Positions 9,464 through 20,843 of a stretch of DNA of 64,000 bases are shown piece by piece. The stretch comes from Azonexus sp. (lineage in GTDB: Bacteria; Pseudomonadota; Gammaproteobacteria; Burkholderiales; Rhodocyclaceae). Each line of letters begins with the position of its first letter. The stretch's first letter is position 1. The stretch lies in contig JAUYSK010000024.1 of NCBI GenBank assembly GCA_030696345.1, forward strand, positions 239,566 through 303,565. The letters run 5' to 3'. Made by a program: the position numbers and the translations under genes. The notes beneath the pieces were generated by a model that did not search any database, was not told the origin of the DNA, and worked only from the letters and a program-made list of their open reading frames with translations.

Positions 9464-10587
9464 TGCAATTGTTGCAGAAGCAGGCCGAGAATTTTCTTTG
9501 CAGTGTCAGACTTGTCAGTGCCGCCTTCGCTGGTGAGCACCTGAACCCCGCTTTGCGGTCCGGCATCACTGACGTAAATGCGATACTGAACCTTGGAACT
9601 GGCCAATGGCTCCGAACTCTTCCAGAACGACAGCTTGGATATCCAGCCCTCGTCCTTCTTGCGGTTATCCACATCGGGATCAACGTAGCGGACGAAATAC
9701 AGGCCGCGCGAACGGTCTCTATCCTCGACGGTGAATCCGACGCGATCAAGTGCCAGCCCGACACGACGCCAGGCCCGGTCAAAGCGCTCATAAACCTCCA
9801 GCGTACCGGCACCATCATCAGCCTTGGCCAGTTTGGCCCGCGGTTCAGCTTTGGCGGTAGCAACCGAGACTTCAGCCCGCTTCTCCTCAGAACCCAGACG
9901 TACCATCAGGCGACGAAGCATTTCGGCTTCAAGTTCAGGATCGGCCTGACGCGGCTGCCAGCGGGTATCATCCTTGGAAGACGAGGTATAAACCTCCTCC
10001 ATGCCACGATGGCTGATGAAAACATCGGTGGTTCCCGGCTCGCTACCCGGCTCAAAACGGGTTCTAAACTTATCGCGCTCACCGGTCGAATAAATCGAAT
10101 CCAACAGCTTTCCAAAGGTGCTCCGAATAATGTCATCACCAATTTTGGCGCGATTTTCCGCCCAGTCGGTTTCCATCACACCTGCATCAGGGCGTTCCAT
10201 ACCGACGATGAAACCCGTCTCCTGCCAGAAATCCTTGACGGTATCCCACAATTTATCGGCAGGCACGGCAACGACCAGCCAACGCTGGTTGCCCGAACGT
10301 TCAACGCGAACCTTATCGACTTGCGGCAGAACTGTCGTGTTCTGCGCTTGAGCCGCCGGCGTACGGTCGGCGCTGTAAGCCGAGAAGGTCGCACTACCCT
10401 TGCCTGCGGTATCAGGAACCAGAAAGCGATCGTCGCGAGCAACCTGAGAAAGATCGGGAGGCACTTCGAGCGTTGGCGCCTTTCCCGCAGATTTGTACTC
10501 GATCTTGCGGGAGTCAGGAAGCATGCTGCAACCAGCCAATGTAACAGCCAGCAGGGAAAGCACAAGGCTGGAAAGCCGACGATTCAT
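9460..10587 (-). CDS. bamC: Outer membrane protein assembly lipoprotein BamC/NlpB
   Basis: Lipobox LAG-C, LEVPPDL, GVMETDWAENRA; located downstream of dapA. Confidence 0.88.
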   Translation of the reverse strand: MNRRLSSLVLSLLAVTLAGCSMLPDSRKIEYKSAGKAPTLEVPPDLSQVARDDRFLVPDTAGKGSATFSAYSADRTPAAQAQNTTVLPQVDKVRVERSGNQRWLVVAVPADKLWDTVKDFWQETGFIVGMERPDAGVMETDWAENRAKIGDDIIRSTFGKLLDSIYSTGERDKFRTRFEPGSEPGTTDVFISHRGMEEVYTSSSKDDTRWQPRQADPELEAEMLRRLMVRLGSEEKRAEVSVATAKAEPRAKLAKADDGAGTLEVYERFDRAWRRVGLALDRVGFTVEDRDRSRGLYFVRYVDPDVDNRKKDEGWISKLSFWKSSEPLASSKVQYRIYVSDAGPQSGVQVLTSEGGTDKSDTAKKILGLLLQQLQ

Positions 10588-10601
10588 GTCTCTATACTCC
10601 G

Positions 10602-11480
10602 TCAGGCGATCACGCCGGCCTGGCGCATAGCGGCCAGGACACGAACTTGGTTGGCTTCAGTCAAGGCAGTCAGCGGCAGGCGAATACCATCAGGCATCAA
10701 ACCCAGCTTCTGAACTGCCCACTTGACCGGAATCGGGTTGGCTTCACAGAAAAGGTCGCGATGCAAGCCTAGCAGCTTGAAATGTATTTCGCGGGCCTTG
10801 GCGACATCACCAGCAGAGGCAGCAACGCACATTTCGTGCATCAGGCGCGGTGCAACGTTGGCCGTCACCGAAATATTGCCGTGGAAACCGAGCATGATCG
10901 AGGCGACGCAAGTCATGTCGTCGCCGCTGTACAGCGCGAACTCTTTCGGGGCACGGGCGATCAGGTCGCAGGCGCGGTCAAGATTACCGGTTGCGTCCTT
11001 GACACCGACGATGCCCGGCACTTGCGCCAGACGCAGAATGGTGTCGTTGGCCATGTCGGCAACGGTTCGGCCCGGTACGTTATAAAGCAATACTGGCAGT
11101 TCAACCGCTTCGGCAATTGCCTTGAAATGGCGATAAAGCCCTTCCTGTGTCGGCTTGTTGTAATACGGAACAACGGACAGCGCCATGTCAGCACCGGCCT
11201 TCCTGGCAAATTCGGTGAGCTCGATGGCTTCGGAGGTGGAGTTGGCTCCAGTTCCGGCAATCACCGGAATACGACCCGCAACGTGATCCACCGTGAGCTT
11301 GATCAATTCGCAATGCTCGTCGACATTAACAGTCGGCGATTCGCCAGTAGTGCCAACGACGACGATGGCATCGGTGCCTTCACGCACATGAAAGTCAATC
11401 AGGCTGCGCAGGGAGTTCAAATCGAGGCTGCCATCCTCGTGCATGGGCGTAACGATGGCGACAATGGATCCGGTAATCAT
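10602..11480 (-). CDS. dapA: 4-hydroxy-tetrahydrodipicolinate synthase
   Basis: [29 protein letters not shown]. Confidence 0.97.
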   Translation of the reverse strand: MITGSIVAIVTPMHEDGSLDLNSLRSLIDFHVREGTDAIVVVGTTGESPTVNVDEHCELIKLTVDHVAGRIPVIAGTGANSTSEAIELTEFARKAGADMALSVVPYYNKPTQEGLYRHFKAIAEAVELPVLLYNVPGRTVADMANDTILRLAQVPGIVGVKDATGNLDRACDLIARAPKEFALYSGDDMTCVASIMLGFHGNISVTANVAPRLMHEMCVAASAGDVAKAREIHFKLLGLHRDLFCEANPIPVKWAVQKLGLMPDGIRLPLTALTEANQVRVLAAMRQAGVIA

Positions 11481-11558
11481 GGCCTGTTTATATAAAAAGT
11501 AATCCTCTGATTGTAACTGAAGGCCATTCAGAGCGGAAAGTCGCTTGGTGACAGTTTG

Positions 11559-12530
11559 TTATTTTTGCGCCAACCAGTGCAACAAACCGCGCCCGGACAG
11601 CATTTTTCCTTCAGGCAGAACCAATTCAGGATGACGATCCGGCGCCGCCGTCTGAAGCTGCCGTGAAAATTCGTCGAGTCTGGCGGCAACCGGGACCCGC
11701 CAGCCCAATTGCCTTAACCGCCAGCGCAGCAAGTTTTTCAATCGCGCCACCGACAAATCACGCAGCACAACAAGACGGGCCGCCTCGCCATCACCCGCAA
11801 GTTGCCAATCCATTTCGGCCAGTTCATCGAGCAAACCAGCCGCCTCGGAAAAATTTGCGGCAGCTTGAGCCAGCGCAACCTCAGCCGCAGGAAAGCGCTG
11901 GTTCAGCGAAGTCAACGCCTCATGACGCAGGAAATTACGGGTAAGCGCGGTATCGGCGTTGCTCTCGTCATCGACCCATTTCAAGCCATTGGCCCGGGCG
12001 TAAGCCTCGATTTCATCGCGGGAAACATCGAGCAGAGGACGAAGCAGTCGTCGCGCACCGAATTTGCGTTCGGCCGGCATTGCAGCCGCACCGGTAACAC
12101 CGGTTCCGCGCAGAAGGTTGAACAGGAGCGTTTCAGCCTGGTCACCCCGATGCTGGGCGAGCACTAGACAATCAGCAGGGCAATCGGCAAAGGCGGCATA
12201 GCGCGCCTGGCGGGCTGCCGCCTCCAGGCCCAAGCCAGTGTTCGTGTCTATGGCGACATGGCGGATAGCCAATGGAACGCCAATATCCCGGCAATAAACA
12301 GCGCAGAAATCAGCCCAGGCATCGGCATTGGGCGATAGCCCATGATGAACATGGATGGCTGAAAGGTTGCCGACAATGGCAAGCCGGCTCAAGAGGTGGG
12401 TCAGGACAACTGAATCGCAGCCCCCGGAAAGACCGACACAAAGGCGCTCTTCAGGCACCAGGCGGGCAGCGAGAAAAGCGCCGACCCGCTTGAGAAGATC
12501 AGCTGACAGGCTGTTCCTTGAAACGACCAT
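11559..12530 (-). CDS. tilS: tRNA(Ile)-lysidine synthetase
   Basis: SGGCDS PP-loop, [24 protein letters not shown]. Confidence 0.95.
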   Translation of the reverse strand: MVVSRNSLSADLLKRVGAFLAARLVPEERLCVGLSGGCDSVVLTHLLSRLAIVGNLSAIHVHHGLSPNADAWADFCAVYCRDIGVPLAIRHVAIDTNTGLGLEAAARQARYAAFADCPADCLVLAQHRGDQAETLLFNLLRGTGVTGAAAMPAERKFGARRLLRPLLDVSRDEIEAYARANGLKWVDDESNADTALTRNFLRHEALTSLNQRFPAAEVALAQAAANFSEAAGLLDELAEMDWQLAGDGEAARLVVLRDLSVARLKNLLRWRLRQLGWRVPVAARLDEFSRQLQTAAPDRHPELVLPEGKMLSGRGLLHWLAQK

Positions 12531-13467
12531 AACTCATCAGCCGCTCGTAACGCGTGGCCAGCAATTCAGCGGTCGACAGCCCCGAGAACTGCTTGAGGGC
12601 GTCCTGCAATGCTTTTTTCAGGTTCTGCGCCATTGCCGCGTGGTCGCGGTGAGCACCACCCAGCGGCTCGCTGACGATCTTGTCGATCAAGCCGAGCGTT
12701 TTCAGGCGCTGGGCAGTTATTCCCATGGTTTCGGCTGCTTCCGGCGCCTTTTCGGCACTCTTCCAGAGAATGGAGGCACAGCCTTCGGGCGAGATTACCG
12801 AGTAGGTGGAATATTGCAGCATCTGTACGACGTCGCCAACGGCAATGGCCAGCGCACCGCCGGAACCGCCCTCACCAATGATGGTGACAATCACGGGCAC
12901 CTTCAACTCGGCCATCACGTAGAGATTGCGCCCAATGGCTTCGGATTGCCCGCGTTCTTCGGCATCGATGCCGGGATAAGCGCCCGGCGTATCGACGAAA
13001 GTCATCACCGGCAGACCGAATTTCTCGGCCAGCTTCATCAGGCGCAGCGCCTTGCGATAGCCTTCCGGACGCGGCATGCCAAAATTGCGATAAATCTTGT
13101 CTTTGGTATCACGGCCTTTTTGATGGCCGATGACCATTACAGGCTGGCCATTGAAGCGGGCCAGGCCACCGACGATGGCGTGATCGTCGGCAAAGGCGCG
13201 GTCACCGTGCAGCTCTTCAAAATCGGTAAAGATCAGCGACAGGTAATCAAGCGTATAAGGGCGCTGCGGATGACGGGCCACCTGTGAAATCTGCCAGGGC
13301 GAAAGCTTGGCATAGACATCCTTGGTCAGCTGCGCGCCTTTTTTCTCCAGTCGCTCGATTTCTTCCGAGATATCGACAGCAGAATCATCCTGGACAAAGC
13401 GCAGCTCTTCGATCTTAGCTTCGAGATCAGCAATGGACTGCTCGAAGTCGAGGAAACTTGTTTTCAT
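12499..13467 (-). CDS. accA: Acetyl-CoA carboxylase carboxyltransferase alpha subunit
   Basis: [42 protein letters not shown]. Confidence 0.97.
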   Translation of the reverse strand: MKTSFLDFEQSIADLEAKIEELRFVQDDSAVDISEEIERLEKKGAQLTKDVYAKLSPWQISQVARHPQRPYTLDYLSLIFTDFEELHGDRAFADDHAIVGGLARFNGQPVMVIGHQKGRDTKDKIYRNFGMPRPEGYRKALRLMKLAEKFGLPVMTFVDTPGAYPGIDAEERGQSEAIGRNLYVMAELKVPVIVTIIGEGGSGGALAIAVGDVVQMLQYSTYSVISPEGCASILWKSAEKAPEAAETMGITAQRLKTLGLIDKIVSEPLGGAHRDHAAMAQNLKKALQDALKQFSGLSTAELLATRYERLMSYGRFKEQPVS

Positions 13468-13658
13468 GGACAGCTCGTTTTCTAGGTCGGCGCGTATTTT
13501 ACCCTAAAGGCTTGCCGTACTAAGCCAACAATACGCGTCAGTTGCCGTTCATCGATGAATGCTGCGGTGGACTGCCTGAATCGGCAAAAATCAGACTCAC
13601 GCAGGACACCCTCCGCCGAGTTTGCTAACATCATGCGAAACCACAAAGAAAGCACGCA

Positions 13659-14837
13659 ATGCCGACTTCTGATCTTCTGTTCATTCACCCGCTACTCGGC
13701 TCGGATGATGCGTGGTCAGGCTACCGCGTCGAGTTTGCACCCGGCGAAGTCAATTGCGGAATTCTGAGCAGCTTGCGGGCGTTCCCAACGTTTGAACAAT
13801 TCGACCATCGCCATCCCTGGTTGATCCCGGCCATCCCTGGCCTGAAAAGCAGCAACCAGCCCGACGACCGCACTGTCCTCGTTTTTTCTGCCCCGACAAC
13901 GGTTGCGGAGACCGAATCGCTCAAGCAATTCGAAGCCGGCCTGCGTCAGGCGCGTCATAAACTTGCATTTATCGCCCCGCCGGATGGCAAGCTGCCGGCG
14001 ACGGGGACCTGGGACTACCTGCTGATCACCAATAGCCGTGCCAGAACCCTGCCGCCCTTCACCCTGCTCGGCCTGTCCAGTCGCACCATCCTGGTCGCCA
14101 CCGACGTCCATAGCCACGCCGACCGACAATGGCTGCAGGACAATGCCTGCACCCTCACCACCAGCGAATTCCTGGCAGCCAGATCGAATCCGGGCGCCAA
14201 GGCCGACACCACCCGGATCAAGCTGCTGGAACTGCTTGCGCTGGTCACTGCTGATGCTGACACCGGCGCCCTTGAAGCGGTTTTCCGCCAGGAATCGAAG
14301 CTTTCCTACAGTCTGTTGCGCCTGGTCAACTCGGCAGCCCTCGCGCCACGCAGCCCGATTACCAGCTTCTCCCAGGCCATCAATCTGCTGGGCCGTCGCC
14401 AGCTACAGCGCTGGCTGCAGCTCCTGGTCTATGCCGATCCAAACAATGGGCATCACCCCAATCCGCTATTGCAGAAGGCCGCAGCGCGGGGCCAGCTGCT
14501 TGAATTGCTGGCCTGCCAACTGAAGTCTCCGCCAGAAGCCGAAAATCTCGCCGATGCCGCATTCATGGTTGGCTCGTTTTCCCTGCTCAATGTTCTGCTC
14601 AACATGTCGATGGCTGAAATTCTCCAGCAATTGCCGCTCACGGAGATCGTGCGCTCGGCACTTGCCGAACATCGCGGTGCTCTGGGTGGTTTGCTGCACG
14701 CCATTGATGCCGCTGAAGCGCGAGACCTGAAAACGGCAGCGCAACGGCTAAGCGAACTCGACGTCGACGGCAAAGACTATCTTGAGGCCCAGCTGAAAGC
14801 CTTGAGCTGGGCCGCCAAAATCCGTCCAGCTATTTAG
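13659..14837 (+). CDS. HDOD-domain signalling protein (degenerate EAL-like N-terminus)
   Basis: KLSYSLLRLVNSAA..ITSFSQAINLLG, AFMVGSFSLLNVLL..LPL C-terminal pattern. Confidence 0.8.
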   Translation: MPTSDLLFIHPLLGSDDAWSGYRVEFAPGEVNCGILSSLRAFPTFEQFDHRHPWLIPAIPGLKSSNQPDDRTVLVFSAPTTVAETESLKQFEAGLRQARHKLAFIAPPDGKLPATGTWDYLLITNSRARTLPPFTLLGLSSRTILVATDVHSHADRQWLQDNACTLTTSEFLAARSNPGAKADTTRIKLLELLALVTADADTGALEAVFRQESKLSYSLLRLVNSAALAPRSPITSFSQAINLLGRRQLQRWLQLLVYADPNNGHHPNPLLQKAAARGQLLELLACQLKSPPEAENLADAAFMVGSFSLLNVLLNMSMAEILQQLPLTEIVRSALAEHRGALGGLLHAIDAAEARDLKTAAQRLSELDVDGKDYLEAQLKALSWAAKIRPAI

Positions 14838-15475
14838 CCGAAGCGACCACTCAAAAAGGGGTTGTATTTTCGCTCTTCCCCGAACGTCGACATCGTGCCA
14901 TGGCCGGGGATGAATTCGACATCATCGCCGAGTGGAAACAGCTGCTCCTTGATCGAGCGGATCAAGGTGTCGTGATCTCCCTTGGGGAAATCGGTCCGGC
15001 CGATCGAGCCATTGAACAGCACGTCGCCTACCTGCGCCAGCCGGCTTTCCGGATGGTGAAAGACAATATGGCCTGGCGTATGCCCCGGGCAATGCAGGAC
15101 ATCCAGCTCAACCTCACCAAAGCTCACCTTGTCACCCGCCTTCAACCAACGTGTCGGCTCAAAACTCTTGACATTGGGGAAGCCGAACATCTTGCTCTGC
15201 TGCGGCATGCCGTCGATCCAGAAGCGATCATCTTCATGCGGCCCCTCGATCGGCACGCCGGTTAGCTCGGCCAGCGCCGCAACGCCCCCGGCATGATCGA
15301 TATGGCCATGGGTAACCAGAATTTTGGCCAGGGTCAGGCCTTCTTCGTCAAGGGCGCTCTGAATGCGAGCAATATCCCCACCGGGATCGATGACCACGGC
15401 CTGTTTGGACTTTTCGCACCAGAAAATGGTGCAATTCTGCTCGAAAGGAGTAACCGGAATAATTGAGTAGCGCAT
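14834..15475 (-). CDS. MBL-fold hydrolase (glyoxalase II/YcbL-like)
   Basis: PVTPFEQNC, THGHIDH, PGHTPGH, GDVLFNGSIGRTD, PGHG. Start trimmed to MRYSII. Confidence 0.9.
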   Translation of the reverse strand: MRYSIIPVTPFEQNCTIFWCEKSKQAVVIDPGGDIARIQSALDEEGLTLAKILVTHGHIDHAGGVAALAELTGVPIEGPHEDDRFWIDGMPQQSKMFGFPNVKSFEPTRWLKAGDKVSFGEVELDVLHCPGHTPGHIVFHHPESRLAQVGDVLFNGSIGRTDFPKGDHDTLIRSIKEQLFPLGDDVEFIPGHGTMSTFGEERKYNPFLSGRFG

Positions 15476-15595
15476 CGCAAAGACCGAAATATGTAATCGG
15501 CGAAGATTATCGCATGGCAACAACCTTGCCCGGCGAGGCCATGCCCCTTAAACTCAAGCACCAAGAAAGTGCACTTTTTCGAGGACGACAAGAAC

Positions 15596-16444
15596 ATGCT
15601 TGACCACCCGCTACCGGACATTGAATCCTGGGTATTGCTCTTCAGCAATAACAGCCTGCCCGTGCTGCGCGTCACCAAGCGTCGACTGGATGAAATGCGT
15701 CAGGATGTCGATCGCGTCGACGCCCGTGAACTGGCCCGCATCATCCTGCAGGATCCGATCATGACCGTGCGCATGCTGGCCTTTATTCAGCCCATGCGCG
15801 GGCGCTCCCTGCAGCACGACATCACAACGATTGCCAGCGCCGTCATGATGGCCGGCATGAACCCGTTCTTCCGGCGCTTCAACGATCTACCAACCGTCGA
15901 AGGCATGCTCAAGGGACAAGATCCGCACGCCCTGCTCGGCGTCCTTCAGGTTATTCGCCGCGCCCAGCGTGCCGCTGACTATGCGCAGGAATGGGCGATC
16001 TGGCGTAACGACATCAACATGGAAGAAGTCCGCATCGCCGCGCTGCTCCATGACCTCACCGAAATGCTGATCTGGTGTTTTGCGCCCAAGCTGGGACTGG
16101 AAATTCGTGCCCTGCAACAAGCCAACCCGACAATGCGCAGCGCCGACGCCCAGACCGCGACCCTTGGCCTCACCTTCGAGGATATCCAGCTGGAACTGTG
16201 CAAAGTCTGGCACCTGCCCGAGCTTCTGCAGAATCTGATCGACGCCAGCAACGCCAGCCAGCCGCGTGTCAGGAACGTGGCCCTGGCGGTTCGCCTGGCC
16301 CGTCACTCGTCGAACGGCTGGCATGATCCGGCACTACCCGACGACTTCAAGGATATCGGCCACCTGCTGAATATCAGACCGGAAGTCGTTCGCCAGCGCA
16401 TCGGCCTGGATCCGATGCCGGCCCGCGAAGCCGAAGAAGACTAG
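15596..16444 (+). CDS. HDOD-domain protein
   Basis: LPVL..ILQDP, AALLHDL, WHLPELL motifs. Confidence 0.85.
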   Translation: MLDHPLPDIESWVLLFSNNSLPVLRVTKRRLDEMRQDVDRVDARELARIILQDPIMTVRMLAFIQPMRGRSLQHDITTIASAVMMAGMNPFFRRFNDLPTVEGMLKGQDPHALLGVLQVIRRAQRAADYAQEWAIWRNDINMEEVRIAALLHDLTEMLIWCFAPKLGLEIRALQQANPTMRSADAQTATLGLTFEDIQLELCKVWHLPELLQNLIDASNASQPRVRNVALAVRLARHSSNGWHDPALPDDFKDIGHLLNIRPEVVRQRIGLDPMPAREAEED

Positions 16445-16457
16445 GCGACGCCGCGCC

Positions 16458-18377
16458 TCAGACCGGGTTCCCGGCGCGAGCCTCAAGCTTTTCCCAACGC
16501 TCCAGATAAGCCATTAATTCGTCGTCGATAACCGCCAGACGATCAGAGGCCTTTTGCGCCGCCAGCGCATCGGTCTGATAGATGCTCGCATCCTCGAGCA
16601 GTGCACTTAGCGTGCCCTGCTCGCCTTCCAGTCCGGCGATTTTCGCGGGCAGCCCTTCGAGTTCGCGCTGCTCCTTCCAGGAAAGCTTCTCGACCTTGGG
16701 CTTGGGGGCTTCGGCAGCCTTTGCCACTGGCCTAGCTTCCGGCTTCAGCTTTTCCGCCTTCGCCCGACTGGCCTTGTAGGCGGCCCAGTCGCTATAACCA
16801 CCGGCATATTCCTGCCAGGTGCCGTCGCCTTCGGCGGCAATGGTCTGGGTGACAACGTTATCCAGGAAGGTTCGGTCGTGGCTGACCAGAAACAGTGTGC
16901 CGGTGTAGTTGGCGAGCAGTTCTTCAAGCAATTCCAACGTTTCGATATCTAGGTCGTTGGTCGGTTCGTCAAGAACCAGCACGTTGGCCGGCCGGGCAAA
17001 CAGGCGGGCCAGCAACAGGCGATTGCGTTCACCGCCTGAAAGTGAGCTGACCGGCGAGCGGGCACGTTCCGGCGCAAAGAGAAAATCTTCCAGATAGCCG
17101 ATCACATGCTTGCGGGCGCCACCAATTTCGACGAAATCCGATCCCGGCGAAATGATGTCAATCAGCGTTGAATCAGGGTTCAACTGGGTACGGAACTGGT
17201 CAAAATAAGCCACATCTATTTTGGTACCCAAGCGGACGATGCCCTCGTCAGGCTTGAGCTCGCCGAGAATCATCCGCAGCAGGGTGGTCTTGCCGGCGCC
17301 ATTGGGGCCAATGACGCCAATCTTGTCGCCACGCTGAATGCGCGTCGAGAAATCACGCACAATGGCCCGTTGACCGTAGGACTTGCTGACATGCTCCAGT
17401 TCGGCGACCAGCTTGCCGCTCTTGTCGCCAGAATCCAGTTGCAGATTGACCTTGCCCATCCGCTCGCGCCGCGCCTGCCGCTCGGCCCGCAGGATATCCA
17501 GCCGCTGAACACGAAAGATCGCCCGCGTCCGCCGCGCCTCGACGCCCTTGCGAATCCACACCTCTTCTTCCTTCAACAGCTTGTCAGCCCGGGCATTGGC
17601 CAGGCCTTCCTCATGCAGCTGTTGCTCCTTGCGCAACTGGTATTCCTTGAAGCTACCGGGGAAGTTTGCCAGCTTGCCACGGTCCAGCTCGACGATTCGC
17701 GTACAGACACGATCCAGGAAAGAACGGTCATGAGTGATGAAAAACAGCGTGATGCCGGCTTCGATCAACATGGTTTCCAGCCATTCGATGGCAGCAATAT
17801 CGAGGTGATTGGTTGGCTCGTCGAGCAGCAGCACTTCCGGCGCCACAGCCAGGGCCTGGGCCAGCGCCAGTCGCTTCTTCTGGCCACCGGACAAGCTGCC
17901 GACGTTGGCATCGGGGTCCAGGCCGAAGCGGTCGATGACCTTTTCGGCCTGCGCCTCATAGGCCCAGGCTCCGCAGGCCTCCAGATCGTGCTGCAAGTCG
18001 GACATCTTGTTCAGCAAAGCGTCGTGATCGCCCCCGCCTTCGGCCAGTTGGTGCGACACCTCGTGGTAGGCGGCGAGCAGCTTCGAGGCCTCGCCCATGC
18101 CTGAAATTACCGCTTCAAAGACGGTGACAGCCGAATCGAATATCGGCTCCTGCGGCACATAGCCGACGCGGATGCCGGGTTGCACCCAGACCTCGCCGTC
18201 ATCAAGCTTGCCGCGTCCGGAGCCGGCAGCCAGGGCCGCGAGCAGCGATGATTTACCGGTACCGTTGCGGCCGATCAGGGCAACGCGTTCGCCCGGGTCG
18301 AGCAAAAAATCGGCGTGATCGAGAAGCGGCACGTGGCCGTAGGCAAGACAAGCTGCAGAGAGTTTTAGGAAGGCCAT
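16458..18377 (-). CDS. uup: ABC-F family ATPase Uup
   Basis: Two ABC domains (GRNGTGKS/LSGGQ/DEPTNH and GPNGAGKT/LSGGE/DEPTND) plus a C-terminal coiled coil. Confidence 0.92.
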   Translation of the reverse strand: MAFLKLSAACLAYGHVPLLDHADFLLDPGERVALIGRNGTGKSSLLAALAAGSGRGKLDDGEVWVQPGIRVGYVPQEPIFDSAVTVFEAVISGMGEASKLLAAYHEVSHQLAEGGGDHDALLNKMSDLQHDLEACGAWAYEAQAEKVIDRFGLDPDANVGSLSGGQKKRLALAQALAVAPEVLLLDEPTNHLDIAAIEWLETMLIEAGITLFFITHDRSFLDRVCTRIVELDRGKLANFPGSFKEYQLRKEQQLHEEGLANARADKLLKEEEVWIRKGVEARRTRAIFRVQRLDILRAERQARRERMGKVNLQLDSGDKSGKLVAELEHVSKSYGQRAIVRDFSTRIQRGDKIGVIGPNGAGKTTLLRMILGELKPDEGIVRLGTKIDVAYFDQFRTQLNPDSTLIDIISPGSDFVEIGGARKHVIGYLEDFLFAPERARSPVSSLSGGERNRLLLARLFARPANVLVLDEPTNDLDIETLELLEELLANYTGTLFLVSHDRTFLDNVVTQTIAAEGDGTWQEYAGGYSDWAAYKASRAKAEKLKPEARPVAKAAEAPKPKVEKLSWKEQRELEGLPAKIAGLEGEQGTLSALLEDASIYQTDALAAQKASDRLAVIDDELMAYLERWEKLEARAGNPV

Positions 18378-18439
18378 GGCTCAAAATAAAAGCGGCACCC
18401 AGCTGGGTGCCGCGTTGGGAAAGAGGCGATTCTATCCGC

Positions 18440-20482
18440 TCAGGTCTGGAAGCGGGAAAGCTGTGATTGCAAGTCGCCCGCCAGACGCTGCAGATTCTGC
18501 GCCCGCTCGCTGTTCTGGGCCGCGCGGCTGCTGCTACCTTCGGCCGCCTGGGCAATGTTTTCGACCAGTCGGGCGATCTCCTGACTGGCAGCACTTTGCT
18601 CGCGCGTACTGTCAGCGATGCCGTGAACAACCTCAACCGTTTGCTGTGCCCGCTCGTCAATGATCTGCAGTGAATCGCCCGCCTCACGCGCCAGACCGAC
18701 GCTGCCCGTCATGTTGGCACTGACCGACTGCATGCGCTGAACGGCACTGCCGGTTTCCTGAAGAATGGCCGTGACGGTCGTCGAAATTTCCTGCGTCGAC
18801 ATGGCGGTTCGTTCAGCCAGCTTGCGCACCTCATCGGCCACCACGGCAAAGCCACGACCCGCCTCACCGGCCCGGGCGGCTTCGATAGCAGCATTAAGCG
18901 CCAGCAAATTGGTCTGTTCCGCAATTTCACGAATCACGCCAACCACGCTGGAAATCTGCTTGGAGCGCTCACCAAGCGACTGGATCAGGCCGGCTGATTC
19001 ATTGATATCGACGGCGACGCGTTCCAGTTCGTTCATCGCCTTCTGCACGACATCGCGCCCTGCCCCGGTCACCGCCTTGGCGTCCTCCGAGATTCTGGCG
19101 GCGTGATCGGCGTTCTCGGCCACGTGCGTAATGCTGACCGACAATTCTTCGACCGAAGCCGCAATCCCCGAGGCCGATTGCGAAGCCTGCTCGGAACTCT
19201 GCATCGCCATGTTTGCCGCACCGTGCAATTCATTGGCAGCGACACCGACCTGAGTCGAGGAGTTGGCCACACCACGCACCAGATTGCGCATGCTTTCGGA
19301 CATCAGGTTAAAGGCATGCGCAATGGCATGAACCTCATTCTTGCTATCCGGAACGGCATCCTGGGCCGAGGCACGCAAATCACCGGCACTGACTTTGGCA
19401 ACTTCCTGCACCAAATGACCCAAGCCACGCAAACGAGCGTTGACCAGCACGTAGATCAGGACAGAAAGAATCAATGCGGCCACCGCGCTGATCAAAATGA
19501 CCAAATTGCGCAGCGCACGGCTCTCTTCGAGGTACTCGTCGAGCCAACTACCGGTAACCACGGTCCAGCCCCAGGCTGTTGAGGTAGCGGCGTAGACAAT
19601 CTTCTCGCGTTCGCTGCCCGAAGCATCCGGCAATTTGTAATGAAACGCGCCGTTCTTGCGAGCGATAACCTCGGCAATCTGGGCCTTGGCCGATGGCGGC
19701 ACATCGACTTCGGAAAGCAGCTTTTCCTGGAACGTCGGATGGAGAACGAACTCGGCAACGGTCTTTTCATCGGTCGGCCGAACAATGAAGACATAGCCAG
19801 TCTTGCCGGCAACCAGGCTACCAAACTGCTCGCGGATACGCTTTAACTCTCCATCCAGCACGATTCGCACCGAATAAGCCCCCCACACCTTGCCATCCGC
19901 CCCCTTGAGCACCTTGACGGTGCTGAAATTGTATTTTCCGCCACGAATCGCCAGGCCATGATAGTCCTGCCCTGCCAGGACGGCCTTGGCTACAGGATCG
20001 TTATCGGCGATGGGCACACCATGCATCGGCTTGCCCTCCTTGTCCTTCAACAAGGTAGTCAAGCGATAGACCTTTTGATCCTTGACGACCAGCAGCGCGG
20101 CCTCTTCTCCGGTCAATTCGCGAAATGCTCGCAAAATGCGCTCGTTGCCATTGAGCACCTCATTACCCAGTTTGACTACAGGCAACTCAACATCACCGGT
20201 TTTTACCGTTCCCTGCCCCAACTCTGGCTTACCGCCAGCAGAACGAACAAAAAATTGGGACTGGCTTTCGCCGCGCACCTTGACCGCCTCGAACAGGGAA
20301 TCGAGCGTACCCGCCATCAGCTTCGCTTCATGTTGCAAATTCTGTTCAGCCACAGTGACGGCAGCGCTATCCGCCTTGCGCTGCACGATGAACGTCATCA
20401 CCGAAAAGACCAGAATCAGTGCCGCGACTGTCGCCGCAATCAATTGCTGAGCAATTGGACGACGTTGCATATAAGCAAACAT
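18440..20482 (-). CDS. Methyl-accepting chemotaxis protein with Cache sensory domains
   Basis: Two TM segments, [41 protein letters not shown]. Start moved to MFAYMQ (20482) because the longer ORF runs over the tRNA half. Confidence 0.93.
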   Translation of the reverse strand: MFAYMQRRPIAQQLIAATVAALILVFSVMTFIVQRKADSAAVTVAEQNLQHEAKLMAGTLDSLFEAVKVRGESQSQFFVRSAGGKPELGQGTVKTGDVELPVVKLGNEVLNGNERILRAFRELTGEEAALLVVKDQKVYRLTTLLKDKEGKPMHGVPIADNDPVAKAVLAGQDYHGLAIRGGKYNFSTVKVLKGADGKVWGAYSVRIVLDGELKRIREQFGSLVAGKTGYVFIVRPTDEKTVAEFVLHPTFQEKLLSEVDVPPSAKAQIAEVIARKNGAFHYKLPDASGSEREKIVYAATSTAWGWTVVTGSWLDEYLEESRALRNLVILISAVAALILSVLIYVLVNARLRGLGHLVQEVAKVSAGDLRASAQDAVPDSKNEVHAIAHAFNLMSESMRNLVRGVANSSTQVGVAANELHGAANMAMQSSEQASQSASGIAASVEELSVSITHVAENADHAARISEDAKAVTGAGRDVVQKAMNELERVAVDINESAGLIQSLGERSKQISSVVGVIREIAEQTNLLALNAAIEAARAGEAGRGFAVVADEVRKLAERTAMSTQEISTTVTAILQETGSAVQRMQSVSANMTGSVGLAREAGDSLQIIDERAQQTVEVVHGIADSTREQSAASQEIARLVENIAQAAEGSSSRAAQNSERAQNLQRLAGDLQSQLSRFQT

Positions 20483-20545
20483 GGAATTCCCCCTTTTATA
20501 GTTTTTCACTTTGGCGCAATCTATCACAAGCACCGTCAGCACCGG

Positions 20546-20560
20546 TACAATGCGCGCCTG
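20546..20560 (+). promoter_or_regulatory. Host tRNA-Arg promoter (-10 plus GC-rich discriminator)
   Basis: TACAAT followed by GCGCGCCTG, ~25 nt upstream of the tRNA 5' end; typical stable-RNA promoter. The -35 is weak. Confidence 0.65.
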
Positions 20561-20576
20561 CCGGAATGCACAGTTT

Positions 20577-20615
20577 GCCTCCATAGTTAAATGGATATAA
20601 CACGCCCCTCCTAAG
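20577..20615 (+). pseudogene. 5' half of host tRNA-Arg(CCU), disrupted by island (attL)
   Basis: GCCTCCATAGTTAAATGGATATAACACGCCCCTCCTAAG gives the acceptor 5' strand, D-arm, anticodon 5' stem and loop, then non-tRNA sequence. Joined to 62419-62454 it forms a complete 75-nt tRNA. Confidence 0.93.
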
Positions 20616-20664
20616 CAGTCACTTTTGACTATTTGCGAGGGGAAAACAGGGCAAATAATCAATC

Positions 20665-20764
20665 TAACATGTTGATTTAATTTGATTTTATGTTTAGTTG
20701 CTAAATAGCAACACTCCCATCAAATCCATTCAAATCCCGTCCCATTTCGCTACACCCCGTCCCA
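20665..20764. promoter_or_regulatory. attL arm: IHF site and putative integrase arm-type repeats
   Basis: Minus-strand AATCAACATGTTA (20665-20677) is an exact WATCAANNNNTTR. GTCCCA at 20739 and 20759. Confidence 0.7.
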
Positions 20765-20807
20765 AATTTGGTGCGCTTATAAGACAATGGCATTCTGAAA
20801 GATGGAG

Positions 20808-20832
20808 AAAAAGGAACTTGACGCAGTTCCTA
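20808..20832 (-). terminator. Terminator of island tRNA-Arg gene
   Basis: Minus strand AGGAACT-GCGTCA-AGTTCCT followed by TTTT, 12 nt after the CCA. Confidence 0.75.
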
Positions 20833-20843
20833 TTCTATGAGCC

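Noticed and set aside
9469-13287. Long antisense ORFs (414 aa, 237 aa, 310 aa) and similar ones over uup, the MCP and czc genes
   Set aside because: They are typical shadow frames of high-GC genes, with no motifs.
20483-20662. 60-aa N-terminal extension of the MCP in the ORF track
   Set aside because: It overlaps the host tRNA half, its promoter and attL. The ATG at 20482 has a suitable RBS.
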